From Cyanophora paradoxa CCMP329 (Eukaryota; Plantae; Glaucophyta): a DNA stretch of 64,000 nt. Numbering within the stretch: position 1 is the stretch's first letter; every line of letters starts with the position of its first letter. This document shows positions 1 through 12,602 of this stretch, one piece after another. Location of the stretch: assembly GCA_004431415.1 (NCBI GenBank), contig QPMI01000470.1:1-64000 (forward strand), in the 5' to 3' direction. The notes beneath the pieces are model-generated. The model made no database searches. It saw only the letters and a list, made by a program, of their open reading frames with translations, and was not told where the DNA came from. The translations under genes were made by a program, and so were the position numbers.

Positions 1-952
1 GGCGGGAAGCGGCCGGGCGCCCGGACCCCTTGCAGGCCTATAGCAACTACAGAAGCTAAAAGCATTAAGATTTAGTCTAAGATAGACTGAGCAGGGCCCG
101 TCCCAAGCGCCGGGCGGTCCAAGGGCCCCGGGCTCGCAGGGCCACCCGGCGGGCGACGCGTCTGCGTCTGTCTGTTACAGGCAGGCGATGCGTCTGTCTG
201 TTATTGAAGTGAAACTGTCTAAAACAGCGGTTTCGTGGTACGTGGTATGGAGTCGGGCGCCTGGGGGAATGAGTCGGCGCGAGCGAGCACGGGCCGAGCG
301 GGAGGGCGAGGGGGGCACCTCAGGCGCGGGTGGGCCTCGGTGGGCGCGCCACGCCCGGCATCTGCAGCTTGCCCTCTTTCCTGCGCATCCGCTTCAGAAA
401 GCATAGAGCGGGCCGGGCGAGGGCTGATGCTGCGCTCACTTCGCCCCGAGGGAGCTAAGGCAGGGTCGGGCGGCATCCAAAAGGTCAGCGACCTTGGCGC
501 TGTCCCACTGCCGGCCGCGCCCCGTCGAGAAGACCACACGGCTGCCCCCGCGTCTTTGTGAGGAGGCGGGGGAGTTCGGGCTAGCGGGGGGGTACCGGAT
601 GCCGCGGGCCGCGATCTCACGGAGGCAGTCGGCGCAGGGGCGCGAGAAGGCGAGGAGGGCGTCCCCCTCCCCGGCTTCTTCCTCCCCCTCCTCGGGCGGC
701 CGTACCCGTACCACGTAGAGGCAAGCGTTCCGCAGCCTACGCCTGTCCTTGCGATCCTCCCGCTCCTGTTTGAATTTGCCGAGTTAGTGACCCGAGGGCG
801 GAGAGCGCGGCGGCAGCGCGCGTTCGCTGACCACGTCCCGACGCGACCGACGCCGGTTCGACGCGCGATCCAAAGCACGACAGGGCGTTCAGCTGCGCGG
901 GCGTCGGGCCGGCGCGGCTTGAGCCTCTTCACACGCAGCGCCGCACCTCGGC

Positions 953-1569
953 GTGGACGGAGCAGACCCCAGCGGCCATCGCCAGGCGCGAGAGGCGGTT
1001 CTGGTTCGCGCCTACGCCGAGCACCTGCGCCGCGGGGGTCGGCCGGGCGGGGCGCCGGGTGCGAATGGACGAAGGCGTCCGCGTCGGCCGCGGGCGCCGG
1101 CGAGGCGCAAGCAAGGGCAGCGCCGGTTACGAGCTATGATGGAGCACCTTGCCGCCGGCGACAAGCACGGCGCCGTGCGGCTGACGCATCTCGGACATTT
1201 GCGCGTGGAGCCTGCGAGCGAGGTGCGCAGGACGCGTCAGCGAAGTGGCGGGCTCTAAGTCGACGACGGGTGGGCGGTCTTAGAGCTTGAGAGCCCGCCG
1301 CCGGGCCGATGAGAAGCGAGGGCATGACTACCGCGAGCGGGCGACGCACGCGGCGAGGGATATCATTCGGTCGATCTTGCACATGGCTGGGTCGGCGGAA
1401 AGCTGGGCTGCTGCGAGCACTTTTCTGGTGAATCGGCTGGTTAGGGTACAAGCGCAAGGCAGCAGAGACTCAATGTCAATCGGCTCTGCGGATCGGAGCG
1501 CCACGTAGATGGAGATCGAAGTCGTTTCACCGCTACGCTACTACTAGGCTAGATCTGCTGCCGCGCTAG
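953..1569 (+). pseudogene. Possible degenerate tyrosine-recombinase (DIRS/Crypton-like) remnant
   Basis: One frame reads GGLRA*E (~1273-1293; resembles box I GLRxSE), then SALRIGA (1480-1500; resembles HSLRIGA) and RWRSKSFHRY (resembles GRWxSxxxxRY). It has stops and motif spacing is shorter than normal. Confidence 0.3.
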
Positions 1570-1774
1570 CCTGAGCAAGCGGATTTGATTCACGGCCAGC
1601 TAGAGCCGGCACTCCTACCGGCAGAGGCGCCCAGCTAGCTATAGCAGGCCTAGAAGCCGGCCGGCCCTCTCGGCCCGCTTGCGTCCTATCGCGGCGCCGA
1701 GCGGCCCGTGGCCCGCGCTTCCTGCACAGCGCGAACCCGCAACCGCTTGTCCGGCCGGGCACACTTATGCAACC

Positions 1775-1846
1775 GGACGAGTAGCTCAGTGGTAGAGCAT
1801 TCGACTGCAGATCGAGAGGTCCCCGGTTCAAACCCGGGCTCGTCCT
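1775..1846 (+). tRNA. trnC-GCA: tRNA-Cys(GCA), intronless
   Basis: Acceptor stem GGACGAG/CTCGTCC, D-arm TAGCTCAGTGGTAGAGC, anticodon arm TTCGA-CTGCAGA-TCGAG, T-arm CCCGG-TTCAAAC-CCGGG, discriminator U. Confidence 0.97.
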
Positions 1847-3550
1847 TTATGCCGGCCTTTCCTTTCACCCTGGGGCCTGGGCCTCCCATTTTTTGGAAAC
1901 GGGGTAGGGCCCCCGTTTTCGGTAGCTTACAAAATGACGAGTCTGCTCATCTCCCGATCCAGCTCTGAGCTCTTAACCGAGTGTTAGTGCATGCATGAGA
2001 GCCCGGAATTCGTTGTCAGAACCCGAAAAGAGGGGAATGCTGCGCGGAAAAAAGGACCGGACCCTTTCCTGGACTATCCCTTGCAGCGCCTGATCCTGTG
2101 GTCGTATAGAGGCCGGACCAAGTGAATAAGAAAGCTCTTGCGATGCTCGACAGAGCATGTCATACATGCCAGCGCTCGGGTAGCAGCGCGTGGCGCGCTA
2201 GGCCGCATCAAGTACCTGTTGTACCGAACGCGGAAAAAAAGAGCTCCCGAGAGTTTCAGCCGCATCGAGACTCGAGCAGGGGGGAATGGAGCCGATTGCT
2301 GGGTACAATCGCACGATTTAGCCGGCAAGCTAGCCGACAGGCTCGCTAGCTGGCCAGCGAAGCTAGCCTAGCTATAGCTGAGCTCCGGCTATAGCTAGCG
2401 GCTTGCTGGACTTGCGCGCGATCGCGAGGCGTCACCAGCGCGCTAGCGCTAGCAGTGCAGGCGCCGGCAGTGCGGGCGCGGCGCCGCGCCGGCCGGCGGC
2501 AGTTGGCAGGCGCGGCGCCGGCATGCGCATGCACAGCATATGCATACTATAGCGCTAGCTATGATTTGCGCACTGCGGCATGCGCAGCGCTATAGCTAGC
2601 TGCAGCCTGCAGGCTGCAGCTGCAGGCGCGGGGCCGCGCCGGCAGTGCGCGCGTGCATGCGCAGCAGCGCAGGACTAGGCGCGGGCCCGCGCCGCACGCG
2701 CGCGCCCCGCCGGGCCGCGCCGCCGCCGGCGCCGGACCGCCGCCGGTCGTCACTACTCTACCCCGTTTCCAACCGGCGGCCGGCCAGTCAGAGCCCGATC
2801 GCGAGCAGAGGTTGCCGCGTGCTAGTTTTGCCGTACGCGCCATGCACGGCGCCGGCGTTGTGCTAGCGCTCGTGCGCGCGCGCCGCTGCGCATGCGCATG
2901 TGCAGCGCATCAACATGATCATGAGCGCCACGACTCATATGCATGATCAGTGACTCGGCGATCGCGATTAAGCTTGCATGCGCATGCGGCAGTCCCTAGG
3001 CCTGATCATGAGCCTCGGAGTGCCCCATGACCAGCGCTATAGCTAGCCTGGCAGGGACCGGAGCTCGAGCCTCGGAGCTGACTCTCGCCAGCCAGCCGCC
3101 TGCATGCAGTTGGACGCGTCACGGCGAATGACGGAATGACGACCATGGCCATGTCGCCCGGCCGCGGCGGCCAGCTGCAGCCGCGTATACGTACGCGTGG
3201 GCGGCCGCGGCCGCGGCCGCGCCGCGCCGCGCGCGCCGTCGCGGGCCGCGCGCCGCGGCCGCGGCCGCCGGCACACGCGCGTACGCGTGGCCTGCGTGAG
3301 CTCAGCGGCTGGCCATGATCATTACCAGCCTGTCCGGCCGGCGCCGCGGCAAGGACCGGAGCTGCCCAGCTGCAGATGGATGGGGCGCGCGTCTCGCCGC
3401 GTTATATAACCAGATAATTATAATCATGAGCACCTAATTAGAACTATAACGTAAACGGGCGCTAAAGCTTATCAGCTTTACAATATCAGGATGTATAGCG
3501 CTAGCGTACATCATAGATTTATATGTGGATCTGCCGGGCAGCCTATATAG

Positions 3551-3707
3551 CTAAGTGGAAGTCCGGGCCCGCTTCTCCGGCCGGGGCCGGGCCGGCAGCC
3601 GCGAGCTGTTCGGGGGTATGCCGTTCTCCTCACCGAAGGCGCGGATCGCCTCCTTCAGCGGAAGGTTCCTCTCGTGCACAGCGACCTGAAGCACAGTGGC
3701 GCCGTCC
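3551..3707 (-). pseudogene. Diverged last-exon fragment (copy D) of the F-box/LRR/ankyrin family; duplicated at 7633-7792
   Basis: Minus strand reads DGATVLQVAVHERNLPLKEAIRAFGEENGIP...KRARTST*, versus DGSTVVQFAVHERNVPLKEAIRCFAEESGIP...KRARTSG* in copies A and C. Confidence 0.8.
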
Positions 3708-4021
3708 AGTACTAGTACTAGTCAATTGCAACGTCATTAATTCGACGTCGACGTCGACGTTGCGCCTTCTGAATATTTATTTAAACGAAGCCCGGCGCCC
3801 TCGAGCTCGCCGCCCTCTCCGCTGCGCCCTTTCTTTGTTCTCCGCCTCGACCGTTGACTAAATCATTTCCAGTTTAGCTTAGGATTATAGGCGATCACAT
3901 CTGGTCCTTCGGTAAACCTAGGGCGAGCAAGTACAATTTGGTCTGATTTCGATTTCAAGATCTGACACGACACTGATGATAACGGTCACGGTTTATATCG
4001 GTCACGGAATGAGGAGGGTAG

Positions 4022-6615
4022 TGTGCCATCCACTTCCCGACTCGCTCGGCTCGTCGGCTAGTCCTCTAGCTCTTAGCTAGGCCCTTGGCCTCTGCTCCCT
4101 TATTTAGCCCTGTCCTCTGGGCCTGTACCCTTGTACGCGTTGCCATCTGGTCCAGCGACCATCTTAGCACGCTCAGAATAGCCCTAGCACTATGACTAGC
4201 CTCGCTGTAGCTATGTCTAGTGCTATATCTGTTCCCTTTGTACTCAATCCTACCGAGACTCTGCTGCTCCGTCGCACTGGTGCTGCTCAGCCTCTTGCCA
4301 TCAACCTGCCTGCTCAGGTCTGCACTGGGCGTGCTTCCCTTAGCCGCGCATGGGGGCTGCTGCGGGGATCGTCTTTTTAGCTCGTCCCTGGGGCTGCCCA
4401 CGCCTCTCCAGGCGTGATCAAATCTACCCTAAGACAGCCGCCGCGCGCGCAACGCGCAAGCGCTGACCAGGCTTCGCGCCGGTACTCTACACCTACTTTG
4501 CAACCTCTCTACGCGATTACACGTGAGCCGCGCACGCGCGCCGGCCAATGGACCCTCGCATCACTCGCGAGAAAGCTAAGCATCCCTCTTGGTCCCTGGC
4601 CGGCCTAGAGTGCTGTGCGCAGTCATTAGACACTTGCTGATCGCATCGCGCGTGCCTCGCGCGCCGCGCGCAGTCGTGCTCAGTCTACGGAAGTGCCTGT
4701 CGAGCTCTCTACGGCTGTGAACACGCCGGAGGCTCCGGAGCACTCGGAAGCTCTCGAGCGTCGTCGCTCGCGTCACTCGGACAACAAGCGTCCGCGCGCG
4801 AACGGCGGGACTCCGCACGTCGGAACCGGCTTCATTCGGAGCAACGATCCGACCAAGCCTCTCTACCACTCGGAGCTCACTCCGCCTACGGCTACGCGCT
4901 GCGCAATCGTAGCAGGCGGCGACCAGTTCCCGACCTCGCCTGTCAACGCGTACGGCGAGTTCATCCTGTGCTCGCTCCCGACCCCGTCGGCCACTGCTCC
5001 GACCGGGTCCACTTCCGCCGGCTTCCCAAGCCATGGCGCAGAAGCGACGGGGCGAGACTCCTCCTCGAGGACTCGGCCAGCGACCACTGTTGAATCACAC
5101 CTGCAGCAACGGACCTCCACGAGGATCCAGCAGGTTGGCGGGCGCAAGACGGCAGCTGCAACAGCGCCGGCGCCGCATCAGCACAGCGGACTGTACGGGA
5201 GCAAGCTACGAGCGCACCGACAGAGCTCCGCGGCGATGCAGGAATCAGGAGAGGGGACAACTGGACGCAAGAGTCAGTCATCCTCCCGCGCGGCGCAAGA
5301 CGTCGGGTCGCACCCGACGCGAGACGCCGCGAGGGCGGACAGTACCAGCTTCAGTTGTGCTCCTGGCTACGCGAAGACGTGGAGATCACAGCTGGCGGTG
5401 CCTGCACCGGCCAGCAACCTGTGGACGAACCCCACGGGTTCGATCGTCTTCAAGCGTCAAGCCGAATGGAGGCGGGATTACCTCAAGCGGAAATCGGACG
5501 AACTCACGGACGAGGAGAACAAGTGTTCCACCACGAGCTCGCCTCAGTCCGACTTCAACCGCTCCTACCCGCTGGCCCGCTGGGGGCCAAACGTTCAGAT
5601 GGTCTACGAGCGACGAGCGCGACGCGCGCGTACCGCCGAGACATCGAACGATCGACGTACGGGACGCGTCCCGGAGGTTGCAGTCGACGACGACAGCGAC
5701 AACGACAATGTCGAGGGTCTGGACGACCTTGACGGCATGACTCTGGCCGAGGAGCAAGAAACAATCATTGCCTCGCTTCGGCGGACGGCAGAGCGATTGA
5801 GCAAACGAACCGGAGTTCATGCGGAGATTCAGGCGAGACTCAACGGCAAAGGGCCGTTGAAGGCGCTCGTCGACACCGGCGCCGCGTTCTCGATTATCTC
5901 AAGGCGCCTGGTGGAGAAGCTCGGCCTGCAGGAGAAAATCGACAAGAGCAGGAGAGGCGAGTTTGCGACGGCGGACGGCTCACCAGTCAACGTGTTGGGC
6001 TCCGTCGACATCGAGGTGACGCTGGGGACACTCGCAAAATCAGTGCAAGAATTCTTCGTGTGGGAGAATTTGCCAACGCACATTATTCTTGGCGCCGACT
6101 ACATCATGGACAACGCGTGGGCCATCGATCTGTCCGAGGGCATCATGAAAAACAAGTCGGGAGAGACAGTCAACATGGAGCCACGCGTACGGAGTGGCGT
6201 TGCGGTGATCGCGTCGGAGGACGTGAAGATCAAGGCTCGACACGAACACGACGTTCTGGTCAAGCTGGATCAAAAGGGCGATCAGCCGAAGGACGGCACT
6301 CGCGGTATGGTGGAAGAGCATCCGCGACTGTATCAGAAGACGAACCTCATGATGGCCGGGAACCTGACAACGTTCCACGACGGCGTCTGCATGGTTCGAG
6401 TGCTGAACTCGCAATATGCGAATCGTCGGATCAAGAAGGGCGCCGTGCTCGGTTACTGGACGCCGGAGGGTCCCGATCTGCAGACGATCAGCTCTGTTCA
6501 CGAAGTCGGCGTGAAAAACGACCACACCAGGAAGGAGGAGACGGAGATCGAGAAGGAAGCGACAACACCGGCGGCGGCGAACGGGCCAACGGTGGCGTCG
6601 GTCGGCGAGACGCCG
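4022..6615 (+). mobile_element. 3'-truncated copy of the LTR element (5' LTR 4022-4350, PBS, ORF through protease), created by the tandem duplication
   Basis: Near-identical to 8109-10700. ORF 4693-6630 contains ALVDTGA. Confidence 0.9.
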
Positions 6616-8108
6616 ATATGCATACTATAGCGCTAGCTATGATTTGCGCACTGCGGCATGCGCAGCGCTATAGCTAGCTGCAGCCTGCAGGCTGCAGCTG
6701 CAGGCGCGGGGCCGCGCCGGCAGTGCGCGCGTGCATGCGCAGCAGCGCAGGACTAGGCGCGGGCCCGCGCCGCACGCGCGCGCCCCGCCGGGCCGCGCCG
6801 CCGCCGGCGCCGGACCGCCGCCGGTCGTCACTACTCTACCCCGTTTCCAACCGGCGGCCGGCCCAGTCAGAGCCCGATCGCGAGCAGAGGTTGCCGCGTG
6901 CTAGTTTTGCCGTACGCGCCATGCACGGCGCCGGCGTTGTGCTAGCGCTCGTGCGCGCGCGCCGCTGCGCATGCGCATGTGCAGCGCATCAACATGATCA
7001 TGAGCGCCACGACTCATATGCATGATCAGTGACTCGGCGATCGCGATTAAGCTTGCATGCGCATGCGGCAGTCCCTAGGCCTGATCATGAGCCTCGGAGT
7101 GCCCCATGACCAGCGCTATAGCTAGCCTGGCAGGGACCGGAGCTCGAGCCTCGGAGCTGACTCTCGCCAGCCAGCCGCCTGCATGCAGTTGGACGCGTCA
7201 CGGCGAATGACGGAATGACGACCATGGCCATGTCGCCCGGCCGCGGCGGCCAGCTGCAGCCGCGTATACGTACGCGTGGGCGGCCGCGGCCGCGGCCGCG
7301 CCGCGCCGCGCGCGCCGTCGCGGGCCGCGCGCCGCGGCCGCGGGCCGCCGGCACACGCGCGTACGCGTGGCCTGCGTGAGCTCAGCGGCTGGCCATGATC
7401 ATTACCAGCCTGTCCGGCCGGCGCCGCGGCAAGGACCGGAGCTGCCCAGCTGCAGATGGATGGGGGCGCGCGTCTCGCCCGCGTTATATAACCAGATAAT
7501 TATAATCATGAGCACCTAATTAGAACTATAACGTAAACGGGCGCTAAAGCTTATCAGCTTTACAATATCAGGATGTATAGCGCTAGCGTACATCATAGAT
7601 TTATATGTGGATCTGCCGGGCAGCCTATATAGCTAAGTGGAAGTCCGGGCCCGCTTCTCCGGCCGGGGCCCGGGGCCGGCAGCCGCGAGCTGTTCGGGGG
7701 GTATGCCGTTCTCCTCACCGAAGGCGCGGATCGCCTCCTTCAGCGGAAGGTTCCTCTCGTGCACAGCGACCTGAAGCACAGTGGCGCCGTCCAGTACTAG
7801 TACTAGTCAATTGCAACGTCATTAATTCGACGTCGACGTCGACGTTGCGCCTTCTGAATATTTATTTAAACGAAGCCCCGGCGCCCCTCGAGCTCGCCGC
7901 CCTCTCCGCTGCGCCCTTTCTTTGTTCTCCGCCTCGACCGTTGACTAAATCATTTCCAGTTTAGCTTAGGATTATAGGCGATCACATCTGGTCCTTCGGT
8001 AAACCTAGGGCGAGCAAGTACAATTTGGTCTGATTTCGATTTCAAGATCTGACACGACACTGATGATAACGGTCACGGTTTATATCGGTCACGGAATGAG
8101 GAGGGTAG

Positions 8109-8436
8109 TGTGCCATCCACTTCCCGACTCGCTCGGCTCGTCGGCTAGTCCTCTAGCTCTTAGCTAGGCCCTTGGCCTCTGCTCCTTATTTAGCCCTGTC
8201 CTCTGGGCCTGTACCCTTGTACGCGTTGCCATCTGGTCCAGCGACCATCTTAGCACGCTCAGAATAGCCCTAGCACTATGACTAGCCTCGCTGTAGCTAT
8301 GTCTAGTGCTATATCTGTTCCCTTTGTACTCAATCCTACCGAGACTCTGCTGCTCCGTCGCACTGGTGCTGCTCAGCCTCTTGCCATCAACCTGCCTGCT
8401 CAGGTCTGCACTGGGCGTGCTTCCCTTAGCCGCGCA
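8109..8436 (+). repeat. 5' LTR
   Basis: TGTGCCATCC...TAGCCGCGCA. Matches 4022-4350 and 12603-12931 apart from one homopolymer indel. Confidence 0.95.
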
Positions 8437-8454
8437 TGGGGGCTGCTGCGGGGA
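8437..8454 (+). promoter_or_regulatory. Primer-binding site, probably tRNA-Pro (also at 4351-4368)
   Basis: TGGGGGCTGCTGCGGGGA(TCG) immediately follows the LTR CA. It is complementary to a tRNA 3' end ...CGAUCCCCGCAGCAGCC-C-CCA; the C73 discriminator fits eukaryotic tRNA-Pro. Confidence 0.75.
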
Positions 8455-8778
8455 TCGTCTTTTTAGCTCGTCCCTGGGGCTGCCCACGCCTCTCCAGGCG
8501 TGATCAAATCTACCCTAAGACAGCCGCCGCGCGCGCAACGCGCAAGCGCTGACCAGGCTTCGCGCCGGTACTCTACACCTACTTTGCAACCTCTCTACGC
8601 GATTACACGTGAGCCGCGCACGCGCGCCGGCCAATGGACCCTCGCATCACTCGCGAGAAAGCTAAGCATCCCTCTTGGTCCCTGGCCGGCCTAGAGTGCT
8701 GTGCGCAGTCATTAGACACTTGCTGATCGCATCGCGCGTGCCTCGCGCGCCGCGCGCAGTCGTGCTCAGTCTACGGAA

Positions 8779-11700
8779 GTGCCTGTCGAGCTCTCTACGG
8801 CTGTGAACACGCCGGAGGCTCCGGAGCACTCGGAAGCTCTCGAGCGTCGTCGCTCGCGTCACTCGGACAACAAGCGTCCGCGCGCGAACGGCGGGACTCC
8901 GCACGTCGGAACCGGCTTCATTCGGAGCAACGATCCGACCAAGCCTCTCTACCACTCGGAGCTCACTCCGCCTACGGCTACGCGCTGCGCAATCGTAGCA
9001 GGCGGCGACCAGTTCCCGACCTCGCCTGTCAACGCGTACGGCGAGTTCATCCTGTGCTCGCTCCCGACCCCGTCGGCCACTGCTCCGACCGGGTCCACTT
9101 CCGCCGGCTTCCCAAGCCATGGCGCAGAAGCGACGGGGCGAGACTCCTCCTCGAGGACTCGGCCAGCGACCACTGTTGAATCACACCTGCAGCAACGGAC
9201 CTCCACGAGGATCCAGCAGGTTGGCGGGCGCAAGACGGCAGCTGCAACAGCGCCGGCGCCGCATCAGCACAGCGGACTGTACGGGAGCAAGCTACGAGCG
9301 CACCGACAGAGCTCCGCGGCGATGCAGGAATCAGGAGAGGGGACAACTGGACGCAAGAGTCAGTCATCCTCCCGCGCGGCGCAAGACGTCGGGTCGCACC
9401 CGACGCGAGACGCCGCGAGGGCGGACAGTACCAGCTTCAGTTGTGCTCCTGGCTACGCGAAGACGTGGAGATCACAGCTGGCGGTGCCTGCACCGGCCAG
9501 CAACCTGTGGACGAACCCCACGGGTTCGATCGTCTTCAAGCGTCAAGCCGAATGGAGGCGGGATTACCTCAAGCGGAAATCGGACGAACTCACGGACGAG
9601 GAGAACAAGTGTTCCACCACGAGCTCGCCTCAGTCCGACTTCAACCGCTCCTACCCGCTGGCCCGCTGGGGGCCAAACGTTCAGATGGTCTACGAGCGAC
9701 GAGCGCGACGCGCGCGTACCGCCGAGACATCGAACGATCGACGTACGGGACGCGTCCCGGAGGTTGCAGTCGACGACGACAGCGACAACGACAATGTCGA
9801 GGGTCTGGACGACCTTGACGGCATGACTCTGGCCGAGGAGCAAGAAACAATCATTGCCTCGCTTCGGCGGACGGCAGAGCGATTGAGCAAACGAACCGGA
9901 GTTCATGCGGAGATTCAGGCGAGACTCAACGGCAAAGGGCCGTTGAAGGCGCTCGTCGACACCGGCGCCGCGTTCTCGATTATCTCAAGGCGCCTGGTGG
10001 AGAAGCTCGGCCTGCAGGAGAAAATCGACAAGAGCAGGAGAGGCGAGTTTGCGACGGCGGACGGCTCACCAGTCAACGTGTTGGGCTCCGTCGACATCGA
10101 GGTGACGCTGGGGACACTCGCAAAATCAGTGCAAGAATTCTTCGTGTGGAGAATTTGCCAACGCACATTATTCTTGGCGCCGACTACATCATGGACAACG
10201 CGTGGGCCATCGATCTGTCCGAGGGCATCATGAAAAACAAGTCGGGAGAGACAGTCAACATGGAGCCACGCGTACGGAGTGGCGTTGCGGTGATCGCGTC
10301 GGAGGACGTGAAGATCAAGGCTCGACACGAACACGACGTTCTGGTCAAGCTGGATCAAAAGGGCGATCAGCCGAAGGACGGCACTCGCGGTATGGTGGAA
10401 GAGCATCCGCGACTGTATCAGAAGACGAACCTCATGATGGCCGGGAACCTGACAACGTTCCACGACGGCGTCTGCATGGTTCGAGTGCTGAACTCGCAAT
10501 ATGCGAATCGTCGGATCAAGAAGGGCGCCGTGCTCGGTTACTGGACGCCGGAGGGTCCCGATCTGCAGACGATCAGCTCTGTTCACGAAGTCGGCGTGAA
10601 AAACGACCACACCAGGAAGGAGGAGACGGAGATCGAGAAGGAAGCGACAACACCGGCGGCGGCGAACGGGCCAACGGTGGCGTCGGTCGGCGAGACGGCG
10701 AGGCGCGTCAACTCGGAGGCCGTCAAGAAGTCTCTGCAGAAATTGTTCAACATTCACGGCCTCATGCTGGAGGTCGAGGTGGATCAAGGCACACCTTTCG
10801 TCTCGGCGGACACGGCTTCTTTTCTCAAGAAGAAGGGCGTTCGGCTCGTCATTCTGCCGGCGTATGTCCATCAGACAAAAGGAAAGCTGGAGCGTGCGCA
10901 TCACACCTTGGAGGCGATCATCCGCTCGTTGACGGCTCAGCGCGGCGGGCGCTGGCAGAACCACGTCCAGGAGGCGCTCACTGCGTACAACACATCAGTG
11001 TCAGCGGCGACAGGTTTCTCGCCGTTCCGGCTGCACCATGGTTACGACGCGGTCACGGAGCTTGATCTCAAGTACTCGGCGCCAGTCACGACGGCGCCGG
11101 GCACAGCTCCGATGCCTCCAATTCAACAAGTTCAGCTGTTCGGAGAGCGGATTGTGTACTGCGCGGCGCCGGATCAGTTGTGGACCTACAAGGAGGACGG
11201 CGGTCGTTGGGAGCGCACCGCTGGATCTCCGCGCGCCCCCTCGTGTCTCTGGCGTCATGGGCAGTCAGCTGAAGGAGATTGTCGATGCGCGGTGTGCACG
11301 GATTTGCGGGAACGCACCAAGGTCAAGGCTGCCCGCGCGGGAGCGCCAAGTCCTGCGGAGGTCGCCCTGCCAGCACCTGTCGTGCACAACGGTGCTTGTC
11401 AGTGCTTTGAATGCCTTCGGGAGCGCGAGAACGAGGCGGTGGCTTCGCGGTCACCTCGGATCGTCATCGCTGAGGATCGCATCATCGAGCATCGTGCTCC
11501 GCTCGTCGCCACCATGCGGAGTCAACTTCGATCGAACCTAGGACCGGCCTGGAACACTCCTGCCAGCCGCCGGCTTCCGAAGTTCATCCTGCAACGCGAT
11601 GCGGAGTCAGCTTCTGCATCGGCATCATCACCGGCTACGCCGCCGGCGGGGAACGCTCCTGAAGGCACAGACCTTCCTCTTGCGTCGAATGCTGATCGTT

Positions 11701-12095
11701 TGCGGTCGGCGCCGCCCTCGATGTACGGCATTTGGGCTTCGGCGATTTCGGAGGCGCAACGAGCTGACTGGCGGCGGGCGTTCGAGGCTACGCTCAAGCA
11801 AGCTCTCCGCATTGAACGGGCCTTCGTGGCTCGCGGTGGAACTGCTCGCCGCTACTTCGAAGTTGGAGATCCGGTGCAGATCTTGGTTGAGCCGCTGCGC
11901 ACAAAGGCTCCTGTACCCAACTCGTCTGGCTTTTCCGGCCCGTACTGGATCACGGAGGTGCTCTCACGCACGCGCGTGATGGTCAAGCCGGATGTGTCGG
12001 ATCCGCGGGTCGTTCACCGCGCTGGCGGCGGTCCCTTCGAGGTGCATGTCGCGCGGCTGCGACTGTTCCCTACGGAGGCCTTGCGCCGGCCGTAG
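8779..12095 (+). CDS. Polyprotein: low-complexity N-terminus, aspartic protease, C-terminal part of integrase with GPY/F motif; 1-bp frameshift at ~10149 is probably a sequencing error
   Basis: ALVDTGAAFSIIS and IILGADYI (retropepsin). EVDQGTPFVS...GKLERAHHTL...WQNHVQEALTAYNTS...TGFSPF (integrase core). FSGPYWITEV...HVARLRLF (GPY/F). Copy 1 has TGGGAG in frame where copy 2 has TGGAG. Confidence 0.85.
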
Positions 12096-12602
12096 CTCGA
12101 TCTTTTCATTAGCAGAGTCTCTTGCCCTTCCGGGTGGATTTGGAGGGTTTGCCCCCGGTTGTCTGGCGGTGCTTCGCGCGCCTTGCTGGAGTTCGGTCGC
12201 GGGGCCCTCGCCCAGCTTCCTGTTGGGTCCAGTTCCTCATACTGGTACTTCGCGACCTGATGGCTTTCTTTTCGGCTATGTCACTCGTTCTCTTGCTTCC
12301 CGGCTCCCTCTCTGTAGCGCCGAGGACGGCTTTCCGAACGGGGACGGTAGCCCGGGCTTTGCAGCCCAAATTTTTGTACTACGGCTCACGCTTTAGCCCG
12401 GCTCGCTTCTTAGCCCGGCTCGCTCACTCTTTAGCCCGGCTAGCTTCTTAGCCCGGCTCGCTCTCAGTAGCGCCGAGGACGGCTTTCTGAACAGGGACGG
12501 TAGCCCGGGCTTTGCCCGAAATTTTTCTTTGTAGGCCTCTGCGCCTCCTTCTTTGCGCCCGGCCTTGTTTGCGCCGAGGACGGCGCGCTGTGCTAGGACG
12601 AA

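Larger units (their letters stand above)
2538..6615 (+). repeat. Tandem segmental duplication, copy 1 (~4.08 kb)
   Basis: ATATGCATACTATAGCGCTAG at 2538 recurs at 6616. The two units are collinear and differ mostly by 1-bp homopolymer indels. Confidence 0.95.
6616..10700 (+). repeat. Tandem segmental duplication, copy 2
   Basis: Ends at GTCGGCGAGACG(G/C)CG, matching 6601-6615. Only this copy continues into the rest of the LTR element. Confidence 0.95.

Noticed and set aside
1775-4022. tRNA-targeted insertion of the LTR element
   Set aside because: The insertion is over 2 kb downstream of the tRNA, and the PBS does not match tRNA-Cys.
10140-10155. Programmed ribosomal frameshift in the LTR ORF
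   Set aside because: The duplicate copy (6061-6066) has the extra G and is in frame, and there is no slippery heptamer; probably a sequencing error.
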